A DNA stretch of 64,000 nucleotides, taken from assembly GCA_049964715.1 (NCBI GenBank), contig JBMFXB010000001.1, positions 34,085-98,084 on the forward strand, in the 5' to 3' direction. Positions 37,910-49,400 of this stretch are shown here, in pieces. The first letter of the stretch is position 1. Every line of letters starts with the position of its first letter. Position numbers and translations under genes: made by a program. Below the pieces are notes generated by a model, which ran no database searches, was not told the origin of the DNA, and worked only from the letters and a program-made list of their open reading frames with translations. Source of the stretch: Candidatus Dormibacteria bacterium. GTDB taxonomy: Bacteria > Chloroflexota > Dormibacteria > Aeolococcales > Aeolococcaceae.

Positions 37910-39217
37910 CTACGGGTAGATTCCCCGCACTGCCATAGCATTTGCCACTTTTGTCACTGCCAACTCGTATGCTGCATCCCGTATCGTTTCGCCATGCTGA
38001 CGTGCATACTCTGCAGTCTCCTGAAAGGCACGAACCATAATTGCATCAAGCTTGTACTCAACCTCACGTTCAGTCCAGAAGAGAGCCTGAAGGTCCTGCA
38101 CCCATTCAAAGTACGAGACGATGATGCCCCCAACATTGGCAAGTATGTCCGGAATAATGGTGATGCCTTTTGCTGCAAGAATCTCATCAGCAGCAACATC
38201 TGTAGGGCCATTTGCTCCTTCGATAATGAGTGATGCCTTTATCGAACTTGCATTGTGTGCAGTGACTTGTGACTCCAATGCTGCAAGTACGAGAATATCG
38301 ACAGGAAGTGCGAGAAGATCAGCATTACTCATCTTCTCTCCATGCAATACATTGGCTAGTTTCCCCTTGCTGGCAACATGTTCCACCATCTCGGTAACAG
38401 GAAGCCCTTGTGGTGCATACAGTGCAGTTGAAGTATCACTCACTGCAACAACAACAGCTCCAGCTTCTTCCAGATATCGTGCAGCAGTTTGACCTGTATG
38501 ACCAAAACCCTGCACTGCAACTCTCTTGCCTGTGAGTGTTTCACCCTTCAGCCTAAGTGCTTCTCTTGCAACAATGGCAATTCCTTGACCAGTTGCAGTC
38601 ATCCGCCCTTCAGATCCACCAATATCCAGAGGTTTTCCAGTAACGGAAGCCGGTATGGAGAAGCCACTGTGCATCGAGAGGGTATCCATGATCCATGCCA
38701 TGACCTGTGGTGATGTGCCAAGGTCAGGTGCAGGAATATCCCGATTAGGACCAAGAAGAAGGGCTACCTCTGTCGTGAATCGACGTGTAAGACGCTCAAG
38801 CTCAGCTTCTGTGAGAGTACGAGGATCACACGATACTCCACCCATGGCACCTCCGAATGGCAGCCCAACAAGTGCTGTCTTCCATGTCATGAGCATCGCA
38901 AGTGCTCGAGCATCCTCGATCCCCATGGCATCGCGATATCGAAGTCCTCCAATGCATGGCCCACGGGTCACACTGTGTTGTACGCGAAAACCGGTCATCA
39001 TGGTGAAGCTTCCATCATCGCGTTCAACAGGGAAGTGTACAACGAGTTCTCTCTTCACACGTTCCAGCACGCATGCTGTGGAATCATCAAGACCAAGACG
39101 TTTTGCAGCTTGGCGAGTGCGATGAAGAACGGTATCGATGAGTGCCGCATGATCATTGCGGGCAGGATGTGCCGACGATTTCGACGACTGATGGGGAGGA
39201 ATATGTGTACCTGGCAT
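37910..39217 (-). CDS. gdh: Glutamate dehydrogenase (Glu/Leu/Phe/Val dehydrogenase family)
   Basis: GPCIGGLRYRD, KTALVGLPFGGAMGG and VAVQGFGHTG motifs. Confidence 0.9.
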   Translation of the reverse strand: MPGTHIPPHQSSKSSAHPARNDHAALIDTVLHRTRQAAKRLGLDDSTACVLERVKRELVVHFPVERDDGSFTMMTGFRVQHSVTRGPCIGGLRYRDAMGIEDARALAMLMTWKTALVGLPFGGAMGGVSCDPRTLTEAELERLTRRFTTEVALLLGPNRDIPAPDLGTSPQVMAWIMDTLSMHSGFSIPASVTGKPLDIGGSEGRMTATGQGIAIVAREALRLKGETLTGKRVAVQGFGHTGQTAARYLEEAGAVVVAVSDTSTALYAPQGLPVTEMVEHVASKGKLANVLHGEKMSNADLLALPVDILVLAALESQVTAHNASSIKASLIIEGANGPTDVAADEILAAKGITIIPDILANVGGIIVSYFEWVQDLQALFWTEREVEYKLDAIMVRAFQETAEYARQHGETIRDAAYELAVTKVANAMAVRGIYP

Positions 39218-39480
39218 AGCACCATCACCATACCAACTTTCCAGGCGCTCTGGGCAGATGAATTTCCTCCTTCAATCGCTGTACAAGAACTCATGCATCA
39301 ACATTGTTGTCCATAGCCACAAAAAGACTCATGAAAATGAGGAAAAGGCAAAGCTTGAACACCACATTAATACGCACAATTTTCTGGGAATAAATGTTTG
39401 ACAGGACTTAGTGGAAATCTTTGCTGTATGCTTGACGTACTGACTCTCTTAAAATTTCACTGGAAGGAGGCATAACTCTC

Positions 39481-40098
39481 ATGCCTGAACGAAAATCAAA
39501 ACCACTCAACAAGCATGTCGAAGCAACCGTTCGTGATGTGAAAAAGACTGTTGTGCGTGATGTGAAAAAAACTGTCCGCAGTGCACAGCGCAATGCAACG
39601 AAGGCAAGCCAGAATGGCAATGATCTCGTCAAGGTGTTTCAGAACCTTGTAAAGGCTATTCCCGTTGCAGAGATGGAGAAGCGTATGGCTGGTCTGGAGA
39701 AATCCGTGACTTCTCTGAGCAATGAAGTACAGAAGGCACTTGCTCGGGTTGGAGTCATGCGCTCCCCGATGCCATCGAGTCCTTCCGCCCCAGCACCACG
39801 GAAGCGTGGTCGCCCTGTAGGGAGCGGCAAGAAGAATTCAGCTTCTCGTACAGCAACAACCAAGACAACGAAGAGTCGTACAACCACCCCAAAATCATCT
39901 GCAACAACTGTGCGTTCCACATCTTCCACAGCAGCACCAAAGCCCAAAGCAACTACAAGTCGCAAACCAGTCGTAAAGAAGGTAGCACCTCGTTCCATTG
40001 CTCCCAAGGTGAAGAAGATTACTCGTCGATCTCCCAGTGAGACTCCTCATAGTGAGACTCCTCATGCAGATGAATCATCGGTAGTGAGTGTAAACTGA
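39481..40098 (+). CDS. Basic nucleoid-associated-like protein: helical N-domain with tandem VRDVKKTV repeat, AT-hook (PRKRGRPVGSGKK), and Lys/Thr/Ser/Pro-rich histone-like tail
   Basis: Strong RBS GGAGG 8 nt upstream. Sequence read directly. Confidence 0.6.
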   Translation: MPERKSKPLNKHVEATVRDVKKTVVRDVKKTVRSAQRNATKASQNGNDLVKVFQNLVKAIPVAEMEKRMAGLEKSVTSLSNEVQKALARVGVMRSPMPSSPSAPAPRKRGRPVGSGKKNSASRTATTKTTKSRTTTPKSSATTVRSTSSTAAPKPKATTSRKPVVKKVAPRSIAPKVKKITRRSPSETPHSETPHADESSVVSVN

Positions 40099-40118
40099 CG
40101 CACATTGACTGAACATTA

Positions 40119-40158
40119 TCGGTGACTGCAGTAAAAGCTGCAGTCACCGATTTTCTGT
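40119..40158 (+). terminator. Rho-independent terminator
   Basis: 13-bp perfect stem tcggtgactgcag / ctgcagtcaccga with loop taaaag, followed by TTTTCTGTCT. Confidence 0.8.
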
Positions 40159-40195
40159 CTCCAACCAAAGTTCACAAGTCGTGAGGAACTACTCC

Positions 40196-41140
40196 ATGCG
40201 TGTTCTAGTCACAGGTGGTGCTGGGTTCATCGGATCGCATCTTACTGAGGAATTTCGCAGTCGGGGTGATACCGTGGCCATTATTGATGATTTCAGTAGT
40301 GGCAAACAGGAGCATGTCCCTGCTGGTACGAAGATCTTCGAATGTTCTGTAGTTGACACTGCAGCACGCAAGGCTATCATTGAATTTGCACCTGAAGCAG
40401 TAATACATCTTGCTGCGCAGATTGATGTTAGACAGTCGATGGAGCAACCACTCCATGACACAACTGTCAATGTTCTCGGGACAGTGAATGTCCTTACTGC
40501 GAGTGCGGAAGCAGGCGTGAAGCACTTCATATTCGCTTCAAGCGGTGGCACAGTGTACGGGGATACTGAAGTCATTCCCACACCAGAGGACCACCCAAAT
40601 GCACCCCTGTCGTTCTACGGTGCAGCCAAGCGTTCTGGTGAGATCTACGGCATGATGGTTTCCGCCCAACATCCCATGCTTTTCACTGCACTTCGCTATG
40701 GTAATGTATATGGTCCACGGCAGGATCCTCACGGAGAAGCTGGCGTTGTTGCTATCTTCTGCAGCAGGCTATTCCAGCACGAACCCCTTGCTATCCACGG
40801 AGATGGAAAGCAGACACGGGACTACGTGTATGTCACGGATGTGATTGCAGCCAACTGTGCTGTTCTCGAGAATCATGCAGCCGGTATCTTCAACATTGGT
40901 ACTGGAATCGAGACCTCCGTCAATACCCTCTATGAAGTCATAGCTAAGCGATGTGGAGGACCACCGACTGCAGAACACGATGCTGCAAAGCCTGGTGAAC
41001 AGCGACGGTCCTGCATTGATATTTCACGTGCCCAGGAACTTCTCCATTGGTCACCACGCGTAACCCTTGAAGAAGGAATTGATGCCACTGCTGCTTTTTT
41101 CCAGATGAAACACGATCTCACTCGACAACCTGCACAATGA
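40196..41140 (+). CDS. UDP-glucose 4-epimerase-like NAD-dependent epimerase (GalE family)
   Basis: MRVLVTGGAGFIGSHL. YxxxK (YGAAK). SDR extended family. Confidence 0.8.
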   Translation: MRVLVTGGAGFIGSHLTEEFRSRGDTVAIIDDFSSGKQEHVPAGTKIFECSVVDTAARKAIIEFAPEAVIHLAAQIDVRQSMEQPLHDTTVNVLGTVNVLTASAEAGVKHFIFASSGGTVYGDTEVIPTPEDHPNAPLSFYGAAKRSGEIYGMMVSAQHPMLFTALRYGNVYGPRQDPHGEAGVVAIFCSRLFQHEPLAIHGDGKQTRDYVYVTDVIAANCAVLENHAAGIFNIGTGIETSVNTLYEVIAKRCGGPPTAEHDAAKPGEQRRSCIDISRAQELLHWSPRVTLEEGIDATAAFFQMKHDLTRQPAQ

Positions 41141-41219
41141 GCTGCATCGAGGGCGTATCGTGGGGAAACGGAGGAGTGCTTCACTGAACGGGTTCCTAGC
41201 TCCCCTGTCCTAAACGACC

Positions 41220-43622
41220 ATGCTCACCATACTCATTCTCACCATCATCATTGCTCTCGTCCTTGCGGGAGGTATATATGGATGGTGGTGGGTATTCAAA
41301 TCAGCTCTTCCCTTGACAACCGGGAATCTGACCCTTCCTGAACTTGATGCACCTGTCACTATAGGATTCGATGCACATGGTGTTCCCAACATCACAGCTG
41401 CATCCATGCATGATGGTGCCTTCACCATGGGCTTTCTCCATGGACAGGATCGGCTATGGCAACTTGAGCTCGCCAGAAGGATTGCTGCTGGCAGACTCAG
41501 TGAGTTTGCTGGAAATGCGACAATCGAGGCAGACCGATTTCTCCGCAGGGTAGGTCTTCGACGCCTTGCTGAAGAGGAATGGACTGGCACCAATGGCGAT
41601 GCGAAGATAATGCTTGAAGCATACGCAGCCGGAGTAAATGCTGCTAGGCGAATTGCCAAGCGTCTCCCACTTGAGTTCCGTCTCCTTCGTGGTCTTGATC
41701 CTGAACCGTGGAGCCCTGTGGACTCGCTCTCTATCGTGAAGCTTCTTGGCCTCAGTCTCTCCTTGAACTGGGATGTAGAAAAGCAGCGCCTCGACATTCT
41801 TCAGCTTCTCGGTCCTAAGAAAGCTGCGGAACTTGATGTGCTATATCCTGAGGCAAATCCAACTATCCTTCAGGAAACTGTCCGCCACCTATCTGGAGCA
41901 AAGCTCAGAACAGCGCAATCGCTTTTCCAGGAAGCAGATCGCTGGCTCAACTTTGGGAAGGGCGGAAGCAACTCATGGGTGCTTGGAGGTGGACGGACAG
42001 AGTCAGGAAAGCCACTACTATGTAACGACCCTCATCTTCTTCCTTCTGTTCCCTCCCAATGGTACGGTGCTCATATCCAGGTAGAGAAAGACTTCGAGTC
42101 AACAGGAGTCACCTTTCCAGGCATGCCGTTCATTCTTATCGGACACAACCGGAACTGTGCCTGGGGATACACGAACTCTTTCGCAGATGCCCAGGATCTC
42201 GTCGTGGAAGAGTTTGATGGACCAGGATACCGAAGATACCGCACGGAAAAGGGTGCTCGTCCGAGCAAGATTATTCGTGAAATCATTCGTGTCCGTGGTA
42301 GTTCAGATGTTGTCGAGGATGTCATCGTCACCCGTCATGGTCCCATTGTGGAACGACTTGATGCATCGGACCGGGGAAGCTGGAAGGGATTGGCACTGCA
42401 ATGGACAGCAAATCCCCCTGGACGCAATGCTGAAGCCATGCTTCGCATCCAGCGTGCACGCGATTGGGAGACATTTCGACAGGCTCATACCTTCCTTGAT
42501 GCTCCCTCGCAAAATGTTGTCTATGCAGATACGGAAGGGCATATTGGGTATTTCACCTGTGGTCGCATTCCAGTAAGGAAACGGGGACCCAGTGGACTTC
42601 CTGTTCCAGGATGGACAGGTGATGCCCTCTGGGAGCGGTACTTGAGTGATACAGAAGTTCCCCAGCTGTTTGATCCCCCGGAAGAATGCATTATCACGGC
42701 CAACAACCAGATTGTGGGAGATGGATTTCCGAAATACATTGGGAATGACTACATGAACGGCTACCGTGCAAAACGGATTGCAGCACTCCTCGACAGGCGA
42801 TATCTCACTCCGCAAGACATGAAAGAATTTCAGCTCGACACTATCTCCCTTCCTGCTCAGGAAACAATCCGGCTTCTCCGTGGACTCTCCTTCAACGGTA
42901 CTGCAGAAACCGTACGGGAGAAGCTTGTTGCCTGGGATGGATCAATGGACCCGAAAAAGGAGGAACCTGCACTCTACGAATGCTTTCTTAGACGACTCCA
43001 TGAACATGCACTTGTACCCTTTTGTGGTGATGCATGGACAACAGTTGCAGGGTTTTCCCTCACACACCCTGTCTTTGGATATCCAGGGAACACCATTGGA
43101 CGATTCACCCCATACCTTCTGAGCCTGTGGGCAGCAGATGATGCAAAACTCTTTCAGGGAATTACCTCATGGAGCCAGGTTGTCGAGCATGCCCTCAGCG
43201 ATGCAGTGACAGACCACCAAGCACTTGCCAAACGCATGCATTCGAAGAAATGGGGAAAGATCCACCATCTCACTCTCCTGCACCCATTTGGAGAACGGTG
43301 GTTTCTTCGTTTCATCTTCAACATCGGACCTGTGCCAATGGCAGGAAGTACTGATACTGTTGCTGCAAGTGCATTCAATCCCCGTGAACCGTTTGCGACA
43401 ACCATGTGGGCTCCCTCTTGGCGAGAGATCCTTGATCCTGGCAACTGGGATCTTTCAAGTGGTATCCACTATCCTGGGCAGTCAGGACAGCCTGGTTCCA
43501 AACATTACCGTGACCTCATGAAACGCTGGGTTAGAAACGACCAGCTGCCTCTTCCCTGGACGAACACAAACGTTCAAGCAGCAATCAAGAGTACGCTCAT
43601 ATTGACTCCGGGCACTGCCTGA
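41220..43622 (+). CDS. Penicillin amidase/acylase family protein (Ntn-hydrolase, S45)
   Basis: 800 aa. N-terminal TM, LHGQDRLWQLELARR, and the S/G-N autoprocessing region typical of penicillin G acylase homologs. Confidence 0.85.
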   Translation: MLTILILTIIIALVLAGGIYGWWWVFKSALPLTTGNLTLPELDAPVTIGFDAHGVPNITAASMHDGAFTMGFLHGQDRLWQLELARRIAAGRLSEFAGNATIEADRFLRRVGLRRLAEEEWTGTNGDAKIMLEAYAAGVNAARRIAKRLPLEFRLLRGLDPEPWSPVDSLSIVKLLGLSLSLNWDVEKQRLDILQLLGPKKAAELDVLYPEANPTILQETVRHLSGAKLRTAQSLFQEADRWLNFGKGGSNSWVLGGGRTESGKPLLCNDPHLLPSVPSQWYGAHIQVEKDFESTGVTFPGMPFILIGHNRNCAWGYTNSFADAQDLVVEEFDGPGYRRYRTEKGARPSKIIREIIRVRGSSDVVEDVIVTRHGPIVERLDASDRGSWKGLALQWTANPPGRNAEAMLRIQRARDWETFRQAHTFLDAPSQNVVYADTEGHIGYFTCGRIPVRKRGPSGLPVPGWTGDALWERYLSDTEVPQLFDPPEECIITANNQIVGDGFPKYIGNDYMNGYRAKRIAALLDRRYLTPQDMKEFQLDTISLPAQETIRLLRGLSFNGTAETVREKLVAWDGSMDPKKEEPALYECFLRRLHEHALVPFCGDAWTTVAGFSLTHPVFGYPGNTIGRFTPYLLSLWAADDAKLFQGITSWSQVVEHALSDAVTDHQALAKRMHSKKWGKIHHLTLLHPFGERWFLRFIFNIGPVPMAGSTDTVAASAFNPREPFATTMWAPSWREILDPGNWDLSSGIHYPGQSGQPGSKHYRDLMKRWVRNDQLPLPWTNTNVQAAIKSTLILTPGTA

Positions 43623-43633
43623 AGGACATTACC

Positions 43634-44140
43634 ATGATTCGAGCACCACACCTTGCCCTCCGCCGTGCATCTGCAGCACGCCGCTGTAGCGTGCTGCTCG
43701 GTGCTGCACTCCTTACAGTATGTGGAGGCCTTCTCGTATTCCCTGCAACGATCGTGCATGCAGCACATGACAAGCCATCCCCCCTTCCACAGCCTTCGAT
43801 CTCGCAAGGAACAACACCCTCTCCAACGGTTTCAGTGTCTCCAACATCGACACCAGTGACAATTCTCCTGCCCTCCTCGAGTGCCTACCCAACACCAACG
43901 GCTCCTCCTTCAGCTCCTCCCATCACTACGACAAGTTCGAGTGGGGGATTCTCCCCAGGTATTCCTGTTCACCTGCCGCCATCCTTTGTTGCACAGCCTT
44001 CCTACAATTTGGCTGCCGTCCCGCAATCAATTGTCCCTGGAAATGGGTCGACAACTTGGCAAGGAGTGTTTATTGTGATGATTGTCATCCTCCTCGGCGT
44101 TGGAGGCACTGTACTCATCATTCGTTCCAACATCGGCTGA
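43634..44140 (+). CDS. Hypothetical Pro/Thr-rich membrane protein (N-terminal signal/TM and C-terminal TM)
   Basis: CSVLLGAALLTVCGGLLVF...PT-rich...GVFIVMIVILLGVGGTVLIIRSNIG. Confidence 0.4.
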   Translation: MIRAPHLALRRASAARRCSVLLGAALLTVCGGLLVFPATIVHAAHDKPSPLPQPSISQGTTPSPTVSVSPTSTPVTILLPSSSAYPTPTAPPSAPPITTTSSSGGFSPGIPVHLPPSFVAQPSYNLAAVPQSIVPGNGSTTWQGVFIVMIVILLGVGGTVLIIRSNIG

Positions 44141-44164
44141 ACATCGCACACGGGGGTTACCCTT

Positions 44165-44827
44165 GTGGATTCACGAACTGCACAACTCGGAAGTATCCGT
44201 GGGTGTTGCTGCGGCACATTTCTCGCAGCAATCATTCTCCTGGGAGGACTTCTTGTCTGGAATGCCCACACGACCCCACCAGGGGTAACAGCTCCAATGG
44301 GCCCATCAACAGCCCCAACTGCTGCAGGAATCATTGCAGCTGTGGGTAATTCTGTGGAATCCCAGCTCCCAAATACTGGACATGCCCGGATCGTTCTTAC
44401 TGAGCGTGACCTTACTGTTCTTGCACAGTCTGTCTCTGGTGCAACTGCATCAGGAACGGACTCCACACTTCAGGTGACAACGTGGAATGGGAAGATTGTT
44501 ATTGCTGATGTCATACACATTGGTCCCATTGGTATCTGGAGAGCAGGGTACTTCACTCTCTCATCCGGAGAATCCCTTCCGCTCACTACTCCCACACTTT
44601 CAGCCATCCAATTCGGGAGTTTCAGTCTCCCCTCTGGACTAGTAGCTTTCCTGGGTTCAACCATTGCAAAGTCTGATCCTGTGGCAACACTGTTCCAGTC
44701 AAGTACTGCCCTCGCATCCTATTCACAAAGCTTTGACTGTGCCACAGTCACTTCGAACGGCATCGTGGTTTGGGTGCATGGCCCACGAATACCAGCTTTA
44801 CCAGGACTCTGCACCGAGCACCAATAA
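44165..44827 (+). CDS. Hypothetical membrane-anchored protein
   Basis: N-terminal TM CCCGTFLAAIILLGGLLVW. No family recognised. Confidence 0.4.
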   Translation: MDSRTAQLGSIRGCCCGTFLAAIILLGGLLVWNAHTTPPGVTAPMGPSTAPTAAGIIAAVGNSVESQLPNTGHARIVLTERDLTVLAQSVSGATASGTDSTLQVTTWNGKIVIADVIHIGPIGIWRAGYFTLSSGESLPLTTPTLSAIQFGSFSLPSGLVAFLGSTIAKSDPVATLFQSSTALASYSQSFDCATVTSNGIVVWVHGPRIPALPGLCTEHQ

Positions 44828-44840
44828 CAGTTGCATATTC

Positions 44841-46412
44841 TCACATGTGAACATGCCGCATGATGAAATACCAGCGAGCTTCCTCTCCAAGAATGCCCAG
44901 TACAAGTACTGCAACAGCAATCAGCATGTAGCCATAAAGTGTGTGCAGAAGGGACGGACCAAAGAACAGTCCCCCAATGATGGAGATGGGGAGCACAATT
45001 GGAAGTCCAGTGGCATAGATAGCCTGCGGAATGACGCTGGAAGAACTTCCTGAATGGTTGCCTCCACTTCCACCTCCCCCAGACGACGATGCCAAGGCAA
45101 AGGGCAATGGCAAAACACTCGCTGACGTTGTCGCTGTGGGACTGGGGGGGACGGTCGGTGTAGGTGTTGGGGTCTGCGTAGAAGTAGGTGTAGGGGTTGG
45201 TGTAGGGGTTGGTGTTGGTGTCGGGGTTGGTGTCGGTGTAAGTGTAAGTGTTGGCGTCGGCGTAGGCGTAGGTGTTGGCGTCGGCGTAGGCGTAGGTGTT
45301 GGCGTAGGTGTTGGCGTAGGTGTTGGGCTCAGCGTAGGTGTTGGTGTAGTTGGAGACGTTACAGTCAAGGTCGTGGACCCCGAGGATCCAAGAAAGAGTG
45401 ACGTGGAAGAACCACTACTCGTGTTGGAAAATGCTTCATTATACGTTGCAGTGATAGAGTAGGTTCCTGCTGTTGAAAACACTACTGGAGAAGTTGAGCA
45501 AGTTCCACCTGTTCCAATTGAGCAGGAAGCAAGTGGTGAACCTCCTGCACTATCAGTAAAAGTCACCGTACCTGTTGAAGCAGAACTGATAGTTGCAGAA
45601 AGTGTAGTTGAACTTCCCACCACTATTGAAGAAGATCCTACACTTACTGCTGTTGAAGTAGAGGTTGGAGTAATCGATACTCCGAAGTTGGGAGCTGCTG
45701 GTGTGAGAAGCTCTCCTCCTTGTCCAACCGGATTCTGGTTCGTGTACTCCGGAAAGATTTGGTACGTTGTTCCCGGAATATACGTTCCACTCTGGGAGAG
45801 TACTGGAGCAAGGCTAGAAAGGGGAATCTGAACGACTTGTTGCGAGGCACTGCCTACTGGCGTCACTACTATGGGTGTTCCAATACACGGTACGGTTGAT
45901 CCCGTGGTAATGCAAATGGAGCCCGCATTAGTATCATCAATCCCTCCTGTGGAAGAAACTTGATATGCTGCTTCAATATTCCCGTTGTTGATGACGCTTC
46001 TCAAAATGTTTGTGCTTGTATTGGTGATCACAACTGTAACTGAGGGGATACTGCTGCTGTTACACGTTGTTCCAGTCGAGAGAAGGCAAAGGATTGTGGG
46101 AGATGTAGTGCTTGCTGGTATCGACGTAACCCCAATTGCATCCGTTGCTACGCAGTTTCCCCCATTGGAGGAAGCATTAATGGGTGAGCCAACGGGTGTA
46201 CCACCAATACTGTAGGCAAAGGTTGATCCAGTGGAAGGACATGATCCAGTTGCTACCCAGTACCATTTCACGGATGTTGGCGTGTAATTTTGCATTTTGA
46301 CAAATTCACCAGACGATGCAGTAAGTGGCACAGCTCCTAGAACTGTCCCTTCACTCACTGTACCCAGTGTGAGAAGTGCACATACAGTCATCACACCTTT
46401 GAATAAACAAAC
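44841..46412 (-). CDS. Secreted Ig-like repeat protein with (Thr-Pro)n linker and C-terminal TM anchor
   Basis: Signal [15 protein letters not shown]. (TP)~30 tract [19 protein letters not shown].... C-terminal hydrophobic [13 protein letters not shown]. Confidence 0.65.
   Translation of the reverse strand, partial: VCLFKGVMTVCALLTLGTVSEGTVLGAVPLTASSGEFVKMQNYTPTSVKWYWVATGSCPSTGSTFAYSIGGTPVGSPINASSNGGNCVATDAIGVTSIPASTTSPTILCLLSTGTTCNSSSIPSVTVVITNTSTNILRSVINNGNIEAAYQVSSTGGIDDTNAGSICITTGSTVPCIGTPIVVTPVGSASQQVVQIPLSSLAPVLSQSGTYIPGTTYQIFPEYTNQNPVGQGGELLTPAAPNFGVSITPTSTSTAVSVGSSSIVVGSSTTLSATISSASTGTVTFTDSAGGSPLASCSIGTGGTCSTSPVVFSTAGTYSITATYNEAFSNTSSGSSTSLFLGSSGSTTLTVTSPTTPTPTLSPTPTPTPTPTPTPTPTPTPTPTPTPTLTLTPTPTPTPTPTPTPTPTPTSTQTPTPTPTVPPSPTATTSASVLPLPFALASSSGGGGSGGNHSGSSSSVIPQAIYATGLPIVLPISIIGGLFFGPSLLHTLYGYMLIAVAVLVLGILGEEARWYFIMRHVHM
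45140..45365. repeat. Hexanucleotide microsatellite (ggtgtNggNgtNggN periodicity) encoding the (Thr-Pro)n tract
   Basis: Visible 6-bp periodic repeat ggtgttggcgtaggc... across ~220 bp. Confidence 0.9.
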
Positions 46413-46451
46413 CATGAAGGATCTTCGATCTGAACGCACCATTCCTTTCTC

Positions 46452-49400
46452 CTATCGGGATGCGCGGGAATGAATGCCAATCACAACATTGGAATGTATC
46501 GTTCCCTTGGCATGTTCATCACTGTTGCCCTGGTCATTGCTCAGTGCTGCATGGATCCAGTGGTCAATGCACTGCCACGTATGGGGAAGATCACACGGGG
46601 GAGGCAGTGGAGTGCAATCAAAACGTGCAAGAAGAAATTTGTATGCTCCGAAGTGCCACCCTCTTCCAGGAAGATCGCAATGGTTTGGACCAACTGTCAG
46701 ATTGAGATTTCCTGAGCTTGCAAGAAACACTCCGCTTCCACTGTAGGTTGCCGTGACAGATTCCGTACCAGGAGTTCCTGTGGTAAAACTGCATGTCGCT
46801 GTCCCGTTCGTGAGCAGGACACTCAGGCACCCTTGAAGTACTGTGCCATTGATGGAGAAACCTACTGTGCCAGTTGGTGTGCCTACTGATGTTACATTCG
46901 ATGTAACCATAGCTGTAAGGCTATCCTGCTCATGTGGATGGAGTGCTTGCAGTGCAGAGGTGACTACTACCGTAGTTGCAACTCCTCCCACAAAATCACT
47001 CCCACTTGCAGATGCTGCCATGTACGAAGCATCACCACTGTACGTCGCTGTGATCGTGTCAGTTCCTGTCGGCAAAACACTCACACACTGGGCAAGTCCG
47101 TTCGTGAGTCCTACTGCTGTGCAGGAGGTAATCGATGCTCCATTGACTGCAAAGGCAAAGGTTCCTGTTGGGGATGCTGAAGTACCCTGAGGCAGTACGA
47201 GAGACGCAGTCAAAGTGACTTGTTCGTTTACCAAAGCAGGTTCCGGATTGATCGCAAGGTTTACAGCCGGAGTCGCCCTGGCAATGGAATCTGACACAGG
47301 TATTGCTGTACTTCCAAACGTAGAGCCATCTCCACTGTACGTTGCACCATAGGCGTAGCTGCCAGCTCCCGGAATGTAGGTGAACGATGCTGTACCATTA
47401 TTGATCTGGATTGTGGCAAGGGTCGCACTACTGTCAGTGAACGTTACTGATCCTGTTGGACTGTCAGCAGCTGTAACATGTGCTGAGATCGTCACTGAAG
47501 TTCCATACGTGCCCCCTTGGGGACTCACAGCTACAGTAGTCGTGCTTGCATCCTTTGTAACGGAGAAGGCAATTCCAACTGAGGAGCTTGCTGCAAAATC
47601 CAAAGTTCCCCCAAATGAAGCACTGATGTCATACGATCCCACACCAAGGCTTGATGTTGTAAAGGATGCAGTTCCATTTGCTCCAAGAGCAACCGTTCCC
47701 AGTACTGTTGATCCATTCAGGAATGACACATTACCGGAGCCAGGTGCTGCATAGGGAGCAGTTACAGTGGCAGTGAAAGTCGCAACAGATCCATATGCTG
47801 CAGATGCACTCGATTCACCAATTGCTGTTGTCGTTCCCGAAATCCCAACTGAGAGTGTGCTCTGGGCGGAAGTACTCCCCCCGTAGTTCGAAGATCCATT
47901 GTATTGTGCAGACAGGATATGTGTGCCAAGTGCCAGATCATTCACTATCAAGGTAGCAGTACCCTGGGAGCCAAGATTCACTGTTCCAAGCACTGCAGAT
48001 CCATCGAGGAATGAGACTGTTCCACCAAGTGGAAATCCTGCCTGTGCTCCTGAGACAGTGGCACTCAGTGTCACTGTCTCACCATAAATCGGTGAGGAAG
48101 GAGCAGCAGTTATTACAGTGGATGTTGCCCCCACATTCACTGTGACATCTACTGTAGGTGACGTGCTCCCTATGTATGTGGCATCTCCTGAATATGTCGC
48201 GGATACGGCATGCACGCCTGCAGCGAGTGCTGAGGTGGTGTACGTAGCAGAACTGCTGCTCAGGCTCGCTGTGCCTAGAATCGTCGTTCCGTCCGAGAAG
48301 GTCACAGTCCCTGTTGGGGCAGAAGTCTGTGTCCCTGCAGTCACGGTTGCTGTGAAGCTCACATTGTTCCCAAGCTGCACTGTTCCTGCACTTGCAACAA
48401 GGCTGAGGCTCGTTGTGGCCTGTGAAATGCTCACACCAGTGGCTGATGAAGTGCTGGACGCATCGTCAGCATTCCCCGAGAAAGTGGCAGTGATTGAATG
48501 TTGTCCTACGCTGAGTGCTCCAAGGGAGAGTGTTGCAGTTCCTTGGGAGTTGAGAGGTGCACTTCCAAGTACTGTTGTGCCGTCTGCAAATGTCACATTG
48601 CCTGATGCTACTGGTGCACCAGTAGCATCAATAACAGTTGCAGTTGCACTGATACTGGTTCCGTACATTGCTGAAGTAGCTGAAACTGACAGTGACGTGC
48701 TTGTAGCAAGCATGGTCACTGTGATGGAAAGTGGTGCTGATGTAGCCGATCCATCTGTACTCGACCCCAAATATGTTGCAGTCAGCGAATATGTACCTGG
48801 AACGAGAGTGTAAAGTACTAGGGATGCAGTCCCCGTGGAGCTGACAGTACTTGAACCAAGTGTTGTGCTGCCATTTGCAAAGGTGACTGTTCCCGAGGAT
48901 ACGGTGCTTCCACTACTACTGGATATCTGGGCGGTAAGTGTTATCGGAGTGCCGTATGCAGCAGTGGAAGGTGATGCACTGAACGCCACAGTGGTAGGAA
49001 TAAGCGTTATTGTCTCAATGTAGGCAGGAGAAGTGCTTCCTGCATAGTTTCCATCCCCTCCGTACACCGCTGTGACTGTATGTGAGCCCACAGTCAATGT
49101 TGATGTTGTAAGGCTTGCTGTAGCCTGTGATGTGAGTGAACCAGTCCCGATGAGATTTGTTCCATCATAGAACGATACTGTACCAATCGGGACTGTTGCA
49201 TTAAGTGTTGGTTGAACTGAGGCAGTAAACGTGACTGGAGCTCCAACCGTTGCCGTTGATGCCGATGCAGTAAGCGAAGTACTTGTACCTGCAGATGCAA
49301 TCGTCACTGTAATTGGGGAAGCAGTCGAAGCAGCAAAGTCTGCATTTCCTGCGTAGCTTGCCCCAATGGTATGGGTACCTACTGAGAGCGTTGCCGGGAG

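Noticed and set aside
41210-41797. 195-aa minus-strand ORF
   Set aside because: It lies entirely inside and antisense to the well-supported penicillin-amidase gene. Its Arg/Ser-rich composition is typical of an antisense artefact.
45140-45365. Possible CRISPR array or non-coding satellite
   Set aside because: The periodicity is 6 bp with no spacers. It lies in-frame inside a minus-strand CDS, where it encodes (Thr-Pro)n.
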